Shown here: positions 1-7,600 of the stretch, in pieces | How the letters are laid out: each line of letters begins with the position of its first letter | How positions within the stretch are numbered: the stretch's first letter is position 1 | Origin: Candidatus Nanobsidianus stetteri | GTDB taxonomy: Archaea > Nanobdellota > Nanobdellia > Nanobdellales > Nanobdellaceae | Direction of reading: 5' to 3' | Assembly (NCBI GenBank): GCA_000387965.1 | Contig: APJZ01000004.1 | Location: 1 to 32,000, forward strand | DNA length: 32,000 bases | Program-made: the position numbers and the translations under genes | Notes under the pieces: generated by a model | What the model was told of the DNA's origin: nothing | Database searches by the model: none | Seen by the model: only the letters and a program-made list of their open reading frames with translations

Positions 1-29
1 TAATCAATAATTACTACTGAAGCTTTCAT
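1..29 (-). CDS. N-terminal fragment of a second GT2-type glycosyltransferase paralog (gene continues past the left window edge)
   Basis: The reverse complement of 1-29 reads ATG AAA GCT TCA GTA GTA ATT ATT GAT TA (MKASVVIID). This is identical to the first codons of the 103..1044 gene (1016-1044), and the upstream region is also identical. Confidence 0.5.
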
Positions 30-50
30 AAAAAGAAATATAAAATAAAG

Positions 51-60
51 ATTTAAATAA
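51..60 (-). promoter_or_regulatory. TATA box (TTATTTAAAT on minus strand) for the paralogous GT gene starting at 29
   Basis: Lies 22-31 nt upstream of the ATG at 29-27. Identical to the element at 1066-1075. Confidence 0.5.
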
Positions 61-102
61 TTTGTGAATAAATTATATCGAAAATAAAAGTTTTACAAAT
101 TT

Positions 103-1044
103 TTAAGTGTTTTGAATATTTAAATCTGTTATATATATTTTTCCCATATAGCGTCTTTTCAAATAATTCTTAAATAGTTTATATAAAATAATTCTTAATA
201 GTCTTCTAATATAACTTTTATCAAATAATAATAAATATTCCATATATTCTTTTAATGATATCTTATAATTAGCATTATATAGAATGTTTAAACGAATTTT
301 ATAAATTATTATACCATCTATTTGGTTTTTACATTTTGTTTTTTCATAAATATGCTGGTAATCTTGTAATTCTAATTCTAATTTTTTTCTATCAAATTTA
401 CTACCCGATACATTTTCTTCATGTCTTCTATAATAAGTTAAAGGCTCATCTATTTTTATAATTCTTTTATTAAAATAACATACAAGAGCCTGATCAGCAA
501 CATAGCATATTTTTCTTAAATAATCTATTAATTTGTTTTTATCTTTAACATGTAGAATTATGCTACTATTATTATATTTTAAAGTTATAATTCTATTATT
601 AATATTTAAAACTACACTACCATCTTTTCTTTCTATATATTCTAGTTTTTTTAAAGATTCATCTGTTACTATAAATTTATGAATAATTAAATATTCGTCA
701 TAGTTTTTTATTTTTTTTACAATTTCAAATATTCTACTAATCTTATTTTCAGTAAACATATCATCATCTTCCAATAAAAATATTAAATTATTTGAAGCAG
801 CTTTTATTCCTTCAGAAAAAGTTCTTCCAACATAATGATCTGGATCATTTGGATCTAAATTTATTATTTTATGATTAGGAAAATTTTCTTTAATATAGTT
901 ATCTATTTTTTCATCTTGATAATATTTTACAACAATTACTTCAATATCATTTAAATCAATTCCTTTTTGATTTTTAATACTTTGTAATGCATCTAAAATA
1001 TATTTCTTTCTTTTATAATCAATAATTACTACTGAAGCTTTCAT
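103..1044 (-). CDS. Family 2 glycosyltransferase
   Basis: 313-aa ORF. The N-terminal MKASVVIIDYKRKKYILDALQSIKNQ is a GT-A Rossmann start, and there is a DxD-like acidic motif (LLEDDDMF). Confidence 0.8.
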   Translation of the reverse strand: MKASVVIIDYKRKKYILDALQSIKNQKGIDLNDIEVIVVKYYQDEKIDNYIKENFPNHKIINLDPNDPDHYVGRTFSEGIKAASNNLIFLLEDDDMFTENKISRIFEIVKKIKNYDEYLIIHKFIVTDESLKKLEYIERKDGSVVLNINNRIITLKYNNSSIILHVKDKNKLIDYLRKICYVADQALVCYFNKRIIKIDEPLTYYRRHEENVSGSKFDRKKLELELQDYQHIYEKTKCKNQIDGIIIYKIRLNILYNANYKISLKEYMEYLLLFDKSYIRRLLRIILYKLFKNYLKRRYMGKIYITDLNIQNT

Positions 1045-1090
1045 AAAAAGAAATATAAAATAAAGATTTAAATAATTTGCGAATAAATTA
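1016..1090. repeat. Direct repeat copy B: GT gene 5' end plus promoter
   Basis: 74 of 75 bases identical to 1-75. Covers the first 29 nt of the GT CDS, the whole 43-nt spacer and the rfbD stop codon (1088-1090). Confidence 0.9.
1066..1075 (-). promoter_or_regulatory. TATA box (TTATTTAAAT on minus strand) for the GT gene
   Basis: Lies 22-31 nt upstream of the ATG at 1044, which fits leaderless spacing. Confidence 0.5.
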
Positions 1091-1912
1091 AATTATCATA
1101 TAATTTAAGTTTTCATCTAAAGAGTAAAAGTCAATAGATAACGATTTTTTAGCTTTTGAAATATCTAAAGAAGAATCAAAAGGTCTTTTTGCAATCCAAT
1201 TTTTTACATTATCTACCTCTTTAATTATTCCATCAAGATTATATTTTTCTTTAATTTTTAATGCAAGTTCATATCTAGAAGTTCTTTCTCCGGCAATATT
1301 AATTATTCCGGTCTTCCTATATTGAATTATTTCGTTAATAGCTTCAGCAAGTTTTCTTGCAGATATTGGAGAATAATAACCTTTGAATGCGTTAACTTCT
1401 TTATTTTCTTTTAATGTTTTATAGACATAGATAGGAAAACCTTTATTCCTAAAGATTCCAGAAGTTCTTATAACTAAACTATCATCATATGATAAAGCAT
1501 AAGTGTCCCCCAATAATTTTGTAAGTCCATAGTAATTTATTGGATTTGGTAAATCTTCCTCTTTATATAAACCTTTTTGTCCATCAAATACATAATCTGT
1601 ACTTATTTGTATAAAATATGCCTCTATAACCCTAGCTGCTCTTACTATATGTTTTACTACTTCTGAATTAACTTTATATGCAATATCTTTTTCATTTTCA
1701 CATTTATCTACATCTGTAATAGCGGCAGTATTAATTATAATATCTGGCTTTTTCTTTAATATAAAGTCTTCAACCATAGAAAAATTAGTTAAATCTAATT
1801 TATATCCATCTTTTATCTCATTTGAATTATAAACTTTAATTAAATCTCCTTGCAAGATCTTAGAAAGTTCTAGACCCAATTGTCCCGAAGCTCCAAATAT
1901 TAATATTTTCAT
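1088..1912 (-). CDS. rfbD: dTDP-4-dehydrorhamnose reductase
   Basis: MKILIFGASGQLGLEL is a glycine-rich NAD(P) fold, and the product is RmlD-like throughout (STDYVFDG). The track ORF extends to 1960, but the extra 16 residues overlap rfbC and look non-native, so the start at 1912 is preferred. Confidence 0.85.
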   Translation of the reverse strand: MKILIFGASGQLGLELSKILQGDLIKVYNSNEIKDGYKLDLTNFSMVEDFILKKKPDIIINTAAITDVDKCENEKDIAYKVNSEVVKHIVRAARVIEAYFIQISTDYVFDGQKGLYKEEDLPNPINYYGLTKLLGDTYALSYDDSLVIRTSGIFRNKGFPIYVYKTLKENKEVNAFKGYYSPISARKLAEAINEIIQYRKTGIINIAGERTSRYELALKIKEKYNLDGIIKEVDNVKNWIAKRPFDSSLDISKAKKSLSIDFYSLDENLNYMII

Positions 1913-1949
1913 AATTAAATTGTTTAAAATTAAAAATATAAAATTTTTC

Positions 1950-2483
1950 TCACAATTCAAAGATTTCTGCTTTATCTAATATAGGACACTTAGAATCTTT
2001 TTCACTAACTATTATATCTTTTATAGGCCAATCTATTATTGAATAATGAATACATCTTTCATGTTGTAGTGAATATTCGTTGTTTGTTACAAAATATAAT
2101 ACTATTGAATCTTCAAGAGCTTGAAATCCATGAGCAAAACCAGGATGTATCCATAACATATAATGATTTTCTTCACTTAATTCTACAGAAACATATTTTC
2201 CAAATGTTTTAGAATTTTTCCTTATATCTAATGCAACATCTAATATTTTTCCTTTTATTACTGTTACTATTTTTCCCTGTTCTTTTGGAGGTATTTGATA
2301 ATGTAAACCTCTAACTACTCCTTTTTTAGAATAAGATATATTAACTTGTAAAGGCTTTGGAATTCCTATTTTTTGAAAATCAGATTCTTTAAATATTTCT
2401 TTAAAATATCCTCTATTATCTGGAAATACTTTTGGCTTAATTAAGATTAATCCTAGATCTAACTTTTCAAATTCAAATGGCAT
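1950..2483 (-). CDS. rfbC: dTDP-4-dehydrorhamnose 3,5-epimerase
   Basis: 177-aa cupin with RmlC hallmarks: FPDNRGYF, RGLHYQ, QGKIVTVIKGKILDVALDIR, HGF. Confidence 0.9.
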   Translation of the reverse strand: MPFEFEKLDLGLILIKPKVFPDNRGYFKEIFKESDFQKIGIPKPLQVNISYSKKGVVRGLHYQIPPKEQGKIVTVIKGKILDVALDIRKNSKTFGKYVSVELSEENHYMLWIHPGFAHGFQALEDSIVLYFVTNNEYSLQHERCIHYSIIDWPIKDIIVSEKDSKCPILDKAEIFEL

Positions 2484-2503
2484 TAGATAATTTTAATAGA
2501 TAA

Positions 2504-2513
2504 ATTTTTAAAT
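2504..2513. promoter_or_regulatory. Central AT-rich TATA-like element shared by divergent rfbC and nucleotidyltransferase genes
   Basis: ATTTTTAAAT sits 21-30 nt from the rfbC ATG (2483) and 22-31 nt from the plus-strand ATG (2535). The spacer is only 51 nt. Confidence 0.45.
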
Positions 2514-2534
2514 AAGATTTAAATAAGACTATTT

Positions 2535-3227
2535 ATGCAAGCAGTAATATTACATGGAGGACAAGGAACTAGATTGAGACCATTAACACATACAGGACCT
2601 AAACAATTAATAAAAATTGCTGGAAAACCAGTGTCACAATGGGTTTTAGAACAATTAAGGGATTCTGGAATAAAAGATATAATCATTATTTTAGGTAATA
2701 ATAATCCAAATAGAGTAACTGAATATTATGGTGATGGTTCTAAATTTGGAGTAAAAATATATTATAGTGTTGAAGAAGAACCTCTAGGAACTGGAGGAGC
2801 TATTAAAAAAGCAATGAGATATATTGATGAAGATATATTTATTGTATTAAATGGAGATATAATCACAAATATTTCTATAAAACCTTTAATAGAAAATATA
2901 AATAAAGATGTTATTGCATCAATTACTTTAGTACAAATGAGAAGTCCATATGGAATAATTCAAATTGATAAAGAAAATTATATAACAGAATTTAAAGAAA
3001 AACCATTATTGGATTATTTAATTAATGCTGGAATCTATGTTTTTAATAAAGAAATATACGATTATTTACCAGATAAAGGAGATATTGAAGTACATACTTT
3101 TCCAGTACTTGCTAAAGAAAGAAAAATAAAAGGTGTTATTTATAAAGATATATATTGGAAATCAATAGATAGTATAAAAGATCTAGAAGAAGTTAGCAAA
3201 GTAATTGATCAAATATATTCTTTATAA
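2535..3227 (+). CDS. Sugar-phosphate nucleotidyltransferase (short form, probably glucose-1-phosphate thymidylyltransferase-like)
   Basis: MQAVILHGGQGTRLRPLTHTGPKQLIKIAGKPV matches the G-x-G-T-R-x-x-P-x-T signature, and EEPLGTGGAI is present. Divergent from the rfbCD genes. Confidence 0.8.
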   Translation: MQAVILHGGQGTRLRPLTHTGPKQLIKIAGKPVSQWVLEQLRDSGIKDIIIILGNNNPNRVTEYYGDGSKFGVKIYYSVEEEPLGTGGAIKKAMRYIDEDIFIVLNGDIITNISIKPLIENINKDVIASITLVQMRSPYGIIQIDKENYITEFKEKPLLDYLINAGIYVFNKEIYDYLPDKGDIEVHTFPVLAKERKIKGVIYKDIYWKSIDSIKDLEEVSKVIDQIYSL

Positions 3228-3353
3228 TAAAATAAGCTAGATTAATCTAATATAATTTTCTATTATTTTTCAAATAATGTTGGTTCATATGTCGGATAAC
3301 GTTAGTTATGCGACGCAATTTCATACCGCCAAAAGACATGAAATATACTATTA

Positions 3354-4220
3354 TTAAGTAGCCATAAAATAGATAGAATAAGGTAAAATTGTTAGACCAG
3401 TAATAAACCATAATACGCTAGATATAACTGATATGGGAATAGCTTTTTTCCAACTCACATTAAGTATATATTTATAGATAATAAAAGATAATATGTAAGC
3501 CAAAACCCCTCCTATAAAAAAAGCTACAATATTTTCCTCCATTATAGATGATAAGAAAGAAATGATAATTATTATAAAAGATATTGCTCCTGAAAACATA
3601 TTAACTACTAGAGTTTCTAAAAAGGATATATTTATCTTAGAAAATTTAATAACCAAATATCCAAATATTGCAGATAAAATCAATCCAAAAATAAAATAAC
3701 CTATTATACCATAAATTCCTATTCCCAACGTTCCCACTGGTGTATTTACTGTAAATACTATTGATGTCGCTGGACCTAGTATTGGTATTAAGAATGCCAC
3801 ATAGTAGAATATACCAGGTAAGCTTAAATTAAGGATGGACTCTATTATAGTAGCTAAAATAGAGATAACCAAAGTTGCTTTCCAACCTACCTTAAACGCT
3901 AGTTTATAAATAATTAAAACTGCTATAAAATTTATGATTGTTACAATTATAAGAGCCTTCAAAATTCCCCAAAATAAATGAGGACCAAGCTTTGAAATAA
4001 AAAGAAAAATAGTTAATCCTGAACCTGGAATTATTATAAAGGATACTATTTCTGAAAGTATAGTAGCACCTAAAACTTTTGGAAATGATAAATTTTTATT
4101 AAAATGTTTAGCAACAAAATAAATAGGTATCGCACTTATAATCCATCCCGCTACAAGAATTCCCATCATTACCGTAATTGCTATCCCAATACCTACTGCT
4201 AATAATTCTAGACTACTCAT
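3354..4220 (-). CDS. Polytopic membrane protein with internal duplication, unknown function
   Basis: 288 aa, almost entirely hydrophobic. The two halves share related motifs: KHFNKNLSFPKVLGATILSEIVSFIII...IIYKLAFKVGWKATLVISILATI versus KFSKINISFLETLVVNMFSGAISFIIII...IIYKYILNVSWKKAIPISVISSV. Confidence 0.7.
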   Translation of the reverse strand: MSSLELLAVGIGIAITVMMGILVAGWIISAIPIYFVAKHFNKNLSFPKVLGATILSEIVSFIIIPGSGLTIFLFISKLGPHLFWGILKALIIVTIINFIAVLIIYKLAFKVGWKATLVISILATIIESILNLSLPGIFYYVAFLIPILGPATSIVFTVNTPVGTLGIGIYGIIGYFIFGLILSAIFGYLVIKFSKINISFLETLVVNMFSGAISFIIIIISFLSSIMEENIVAFFIGGVLAYILSFIIYKYILNVSWKKAIPISVISSVLWFITGLTILPYSIYFMAT

Positions 4221-4355
4221 TTTATAAAATGTACTCCATAAATTTTATATCATTTTTAGCTAAGGAATATTTAACTTTTATAAAATTTATTTATTCTATT
4301 AGTATGTAGATACTATTAACATAATATTTAAAATCTTTCTAAAACATATTTTTAT

Positions 4356-5429
4356 ATGGGACTAAAAGATATATTCAGAAAAAAATTAAAAGAGGCTCAT
4401 CAATTAGAAAAAGATTATTTGGATCTTGCTAATAGATATAATCTTGATTATATTACGGGAAGTGATCATTTTATAATTTTATCAAATAAACGTTTGTCAG
4501 AAGATGCTGATCGCCGAAAGAGCGATACATCTCCGTGGCCTGGGATAAAAATTCATTCTCCACTTTCAGTAAAAATGTATAATATTTTAAGGAGCTACGA
4601 TTTTACACAAATGTTAAAAAATGAAGAGATAGATGGAATTAAGGTTTATCTATATGATGATCCTTCCACAAAACACAAAGAAGTAACTATTTATATATCT
4701 CTTGGCTCTATGCCAAATTTAGGAAAACTTCTAAATATTTTAGAAAAAAATGGGATATCTATACAACCAGCATTGTCTTCTTACTATCATCAAGGTTATA
4801 AAATGGTTCTTCTAAATAGAATACCTATAGATTCATATACTGGGGTATTTGTTAGATACTCGACAGATTTCACTGGAAAGATGAATATTAGAGATATAGA
4901 AAATATAAGAAACAGTATTATGTCAAATATAGATACAAAGAATATTAATAATTATATTAATCAAGTTAAAATATTACAGGATTATATAATAGGTAAGTAT
5001 ATAGACAAAATTGATGATCGGGTATGGAGATCTGCTGCAGATACATCAAGTCCTCGAATTGTAGCAGTACCTAGAGGTTGGTTATTAAATAATCAATATA
5101 ATTTAGATGAGATACTAAGAAACTCATATACATCATTAAAAGATTTCTATTATAAATTATTGAGAAATTCGGATCCCAAAGAATTATTGAGGTACTCTTC
5201 AACCATTTATACATTTATTAAATTAGGAGAAATTGATGGAACTATAGTAGCTTATCCAGCTATAATTATATCTTATGATAAAAACAATAATCTGCTAGAA
5301 GCTTATGATATATTCAGAGCTAAGATAGTTAAATATAATTTATCTAATGAAGAAGATATTACTGCCATTAGTAGAGATCCTGAAAGTGAATTGTATGAGT
5401 TTTTAAAATATGGGACAGTAATTTCATAA
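4356..5429 (+). CDS. Hypothetical protein (no recognisable motif)
   Basis: 357-aa ORF with an ATTTAAAAT element 22-30 nt upstream (4326-4334). It contains locally GC-richer patches than its neighbours, for example 4500-4550. Confidence 0.65.
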   Translation: MGLKDIFRKKLKEAHQLEKDYLDLANRYNLDYITGSDHFIILSNKRLSEDADRRKSDTSPWPGIKIHSPLSVKMYNILRSYDFTQMLKNEEIDGIKVYLYDDPSTKHKEVTIYISLGSMPNLGKLLNILEKNGISIQPALSSYYHQGYKMVLLNRIPIDSYTGVFVRYSTDFTGKMNIRDIENIRNSIMSNIDTKNINNYINQVKILQDYIIGKYIDKIDDRVWRSAADTSSPRIVAVPRGWLLNNQYNLDEILRNSYTSLKDFYYKLLRNSDPKELLRYSSTIYTFIKLGEIDGTIVAYPAIIISYDKNNNLLEAYDIFRAKIVKYNLSNEEDITAISRDPESELYEFLKYGTVIS

Positions 5430-5614
5430 TATCAAAGTACCATAAAAAAGGGTTTTATCTTAAAATAATATTTTTTATAGATTATATAAGTTTTTAAAAC
5501 AGAAATTTTAGCTAATATATATTGTATTATATTTATTTATTTTAATTGGTTATAAACTGCATATATATTAAATTTCTCTAATTTTTATATTTCCAGCATT
5601 CCTCTATTGGTTTT

Positions 5615-6439
5615 TCATGAATTTACATTGTCCATTATATTTGGTAACTTTTCTAATATGCAACTTAACATATTGGCTTTTATATTGAGTGTACTTTTAA
5701 TATTTACATAATCTTTAAGTAATTTATTAACCATTTTAGTTATTTTTGTACCATCCTCTTCAGAGAAATGTTTAAATTTTTCTATTGTATCTTTTATATT
5801 TAATTTAGGAGATTCTTTGTTTTTATTTAATATATTTTCATGAGCATATATAATATCATTTGCAAAACAAAATCCTAAAGAATACGGTAAATAGAATGCC
5901 TGATTTTTTTCTTGTATAAATTTTTCACATCTTTTTGTATTTCTTTCCATAATTTTATACACTTCAGGATATTTGTATAATTCATTTTTATAGAAATATA
6001 CCAAAAATTCAAAAACAGAAGCTTTCCATTCACCGTTACCAACTATACGATGGCCAATTTCATGAATCAATATTGATTCGGCATCAGCTTTTGCTATAGC
6101 CTTTTCTATATCATTATCATTTTTATATACTGGCCATAATACTTCATTACGTGATATTGTAAATAGATTACCAATAGAACTTTCATTCATACTTTTCGAA
6201 ACTTTATCTGCAAAATTTTTTATATGAGATTTTATAATATAAATTGTTCCTGAATCATACCTTCCACCAATATTCTCATTTATTCTATCTTTTCCATATT
6301 TCTGTATTAATAATTCTGGAGATTCCAATATTATTAATTTTAGTCCTTCAACTTTTATACCATTCTTATTGAAATATTCTATAGCTTCTTCAAAACTCTT
6401 TTCTATAATATAATCTAAATTATATTCGTCTTCTGACAT
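5615..6439 (-). CDS. HExxH motif protein (putative zinc metallopeptidase-like), paralog A
   Basis: 274 aa. HEIGH is encoded at 6050-6064 (CAT GAA ATT GGC CAT on minus). Clear paralogy with the 6524..7528 product at the N-terminus, around the HExxH and at the C-terminus. Confidence 0.7.
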   Translation of the reverse strand: MSEDEYNLDYIIEKSFEEAIEYFNKNGIKVEGLKLIILESPELLIQKYGKDRINENIGGRYDSGTIYIIKSHIKNFADKVSKSMNESSIGNLFTISRNEVLWPVYKNDNDIEKAIAKADAESILIHEIGHRIVGNGEWKASVFEFLVYFYKNELYKYPEVYKIMERNTKRCEKFIQEKNQAFYLPYSLGFCFANDIIYAHENILNKNKESPKLNIKDTIEKFKHFSEEDGTKITKMVNKLLKDYVNIKSTLNIKANMLSCILEKLPNIMDNVNS

Positions 6440-6461
6440 TACTATATAATAGTAGCAAAAG

Positions 6462-6469
6462 TTTATAAA
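6462..6469 (-). promoter_or_regulatory. TATA box TTTATAAA for HExxH paralog A
   Basis: Lies 23-30 nt upstream of the ATG at 6439. The context AAAAGTTTATAA is shared with the paralog B promoter. Confidence 0.55.
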
Positions 6470-6523
6470 TTTTTATTATTTAAAATTTAGTACATTCAAA
6501 AATATATTTCATTATTTTTTAAA

Positions 6524-7528
6524 CTAATAATATGCAATTTTAGTTACAGCATCTAATGTAGATAAATTTCTAACTTCTTTTATAACATCTTTTATATTTA
6601 AACATAATGATTCTTTATTTCTATCTATAATAATACTTGCATAACAATATCCTAAATCATAAGAAGCTCTTCTAAGTGCATTAATATAATCTTTTAGTAA
6701 TCTTTTTGGAAAATTTCCCATAGCTGCAAAATAATCCATGGTTGCTAAGTTCCAAATATAGTTTTTACATTTTATTATATTTTCTTCTATGATTTCATAT
6801 GTTTTCGAATGCTCTAGTAAATTGTACATATCAATGTAAGTTATATATTGTAAAGCAGAAACTGATAATTCCGGATTTGCCAATTCTTCTATATTAAAAA
6901 TAAAATGTTCCTCTTCATGGATTTTAACATTAACAGCAATAGCTTTTGCTATATCTTTTTTTATATTTTTGCCATCTGTATATAAGGGAGCAGATGCTAC
7001 ATCAAATATCGGAGATCCCAATCTAATGATAGATGGTCTATTTATATTTATAAGATCCACTCTATATAACGTTTCATCTATACTCTTTTCTAATCGGTCT
7101 TTTATAATGTAAATTTCTTTTGTTTCTGGTACACCTATTGCAAGAGGTTTGCTATTTTCTATAGAATGTATAATATCTTCAAGTATCTTCTTATTTAATT
7201 CATTTATATCATCTGTATTATATATTTGCTTTAATAAATATATCTCACCTATATAAAATTCCTTAAGATTTTTTTCATTTATTATATATATATTATCATA
7301 ATTAGATATTTGCTCCAATAAAATTTTATCAATTGTATTAAGCTTTTGCTTTAATTTATCTTTTTTATATGTTTTTATCATATAGTACAATTCTGATAAT
7401 AATTTTGAAGATTCTAATATCCTCAGTCTTACGCCTTTAATTTCTATACCAGTCCTTTTAAGATACTCTTTAAATTCTTTATGAGCTTCTTTTATAATAT
7501 CGTACAAACCATATTTATCTGTTGTCAT
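6524..7528 (-). CDS. HExxH motif protein (putative zinc metallopeptidase-like), paralog B with about 60-aa insertion
   Basis: 334 aa. HEEEH is encoded at 6905-6919 (CAT GAA GAG GAA CAT on minus). Paralog alignments: YGLYDIIKEAHKEFKEYLKRTGIEIKGVRLRILESSKLL with YNLDYIIEKSFEEAIEYFNKNGIKVEGLKLIILESPELL, and LNIKDVIKEV with LNIKDTIEKF. Confidence 0.7.
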   Translation of the reverse strand: MTTDKYGLYDIIKEAHKEFKEYLKRTGIEIKGVRLRILESSKLLSELYYMIKTYKKDKLKQKLNTIDKILLEQISNYDNIYIINEKNLKEFYIGEIYLLKQIYNTDDINELNKKILEDIIHSIENSKPLAIGVPETKEIYIIKDRLEKSIDETLYRVDLININRPSIIRLGSPIFDVASAPLYTDGKNIKKDIAKAIAVNVKIHEEEHFIFNIEELANPELSVSALQYITYIDMYNLLEHSKTYEIIEENIIKCKNYIWNLATMDYFAAMGNFPKRLLKDYINALRRASYDLGYCYASIIIDRNKESLCLNIKDVIKEVRNLSTLDAVTKIAYY

Positions 7529-7549
7529 TAATATACAGTAATAAAAAAG

Positions 7550-7557
7550 TTTATAAT
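7550..7557 (-). promoter_or_regulatory. TATA box (ATTATAAA on minus) for HExxH paralog B
   Basis: Lies 22-29 nt upstream of the ATG at 7528. Confidence 0.5.
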
Positions 7558-7600
7558 TCTTAAATTTTTATCATCTAACTTTTTTATCAAATTTAATAAT

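Larger units (their letters stand above)
1..75. repeat. Direct repeat copy A (truncated by window edge): GT gene 5' end plus promoter
   Basis: 1-75 aligns base for base with 1016-1090, with a single mismatch (T65 vs C1080). Similarity ends at 76/1091. Confidence 0.9.

Noticed and set aside
749-767. ATGATGA (minus strand) with a nearby CTGA inside the GT gene, as well as other ATGATGA/UGAUGA occurrences inside CDSs (for example near 14794, 20010, 27710 and 29910)
   Set aside because: Spacing to CTGA is not 12 nt, there is no second C'/D' pair, and all lie within coding sequence. They were judged to be chance matches to Asp/Glu/Met codon strings.
3277-3357. 26-codon ORF (MLVHMSDNVSYATQFHTAKRHEIYYY) in the GC-richer spacer
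   Set aside because: It is too short, has no promoter at leaderless distance and overlaps the stop of the convergent membrane protein gene. It is kept only as part of the possible-ncRNA observation.
5442-5476. AT-only hairpin ATAAAA-AAGGG-TTTTAT followed by a T6 run after the 357-aa gene, as a terminator
   Set aside because: The stem is composed only of A-T pairs and such patterns are expected by chance in this composition. Oligo-T termination is plausible but cannot be distinguished from background.
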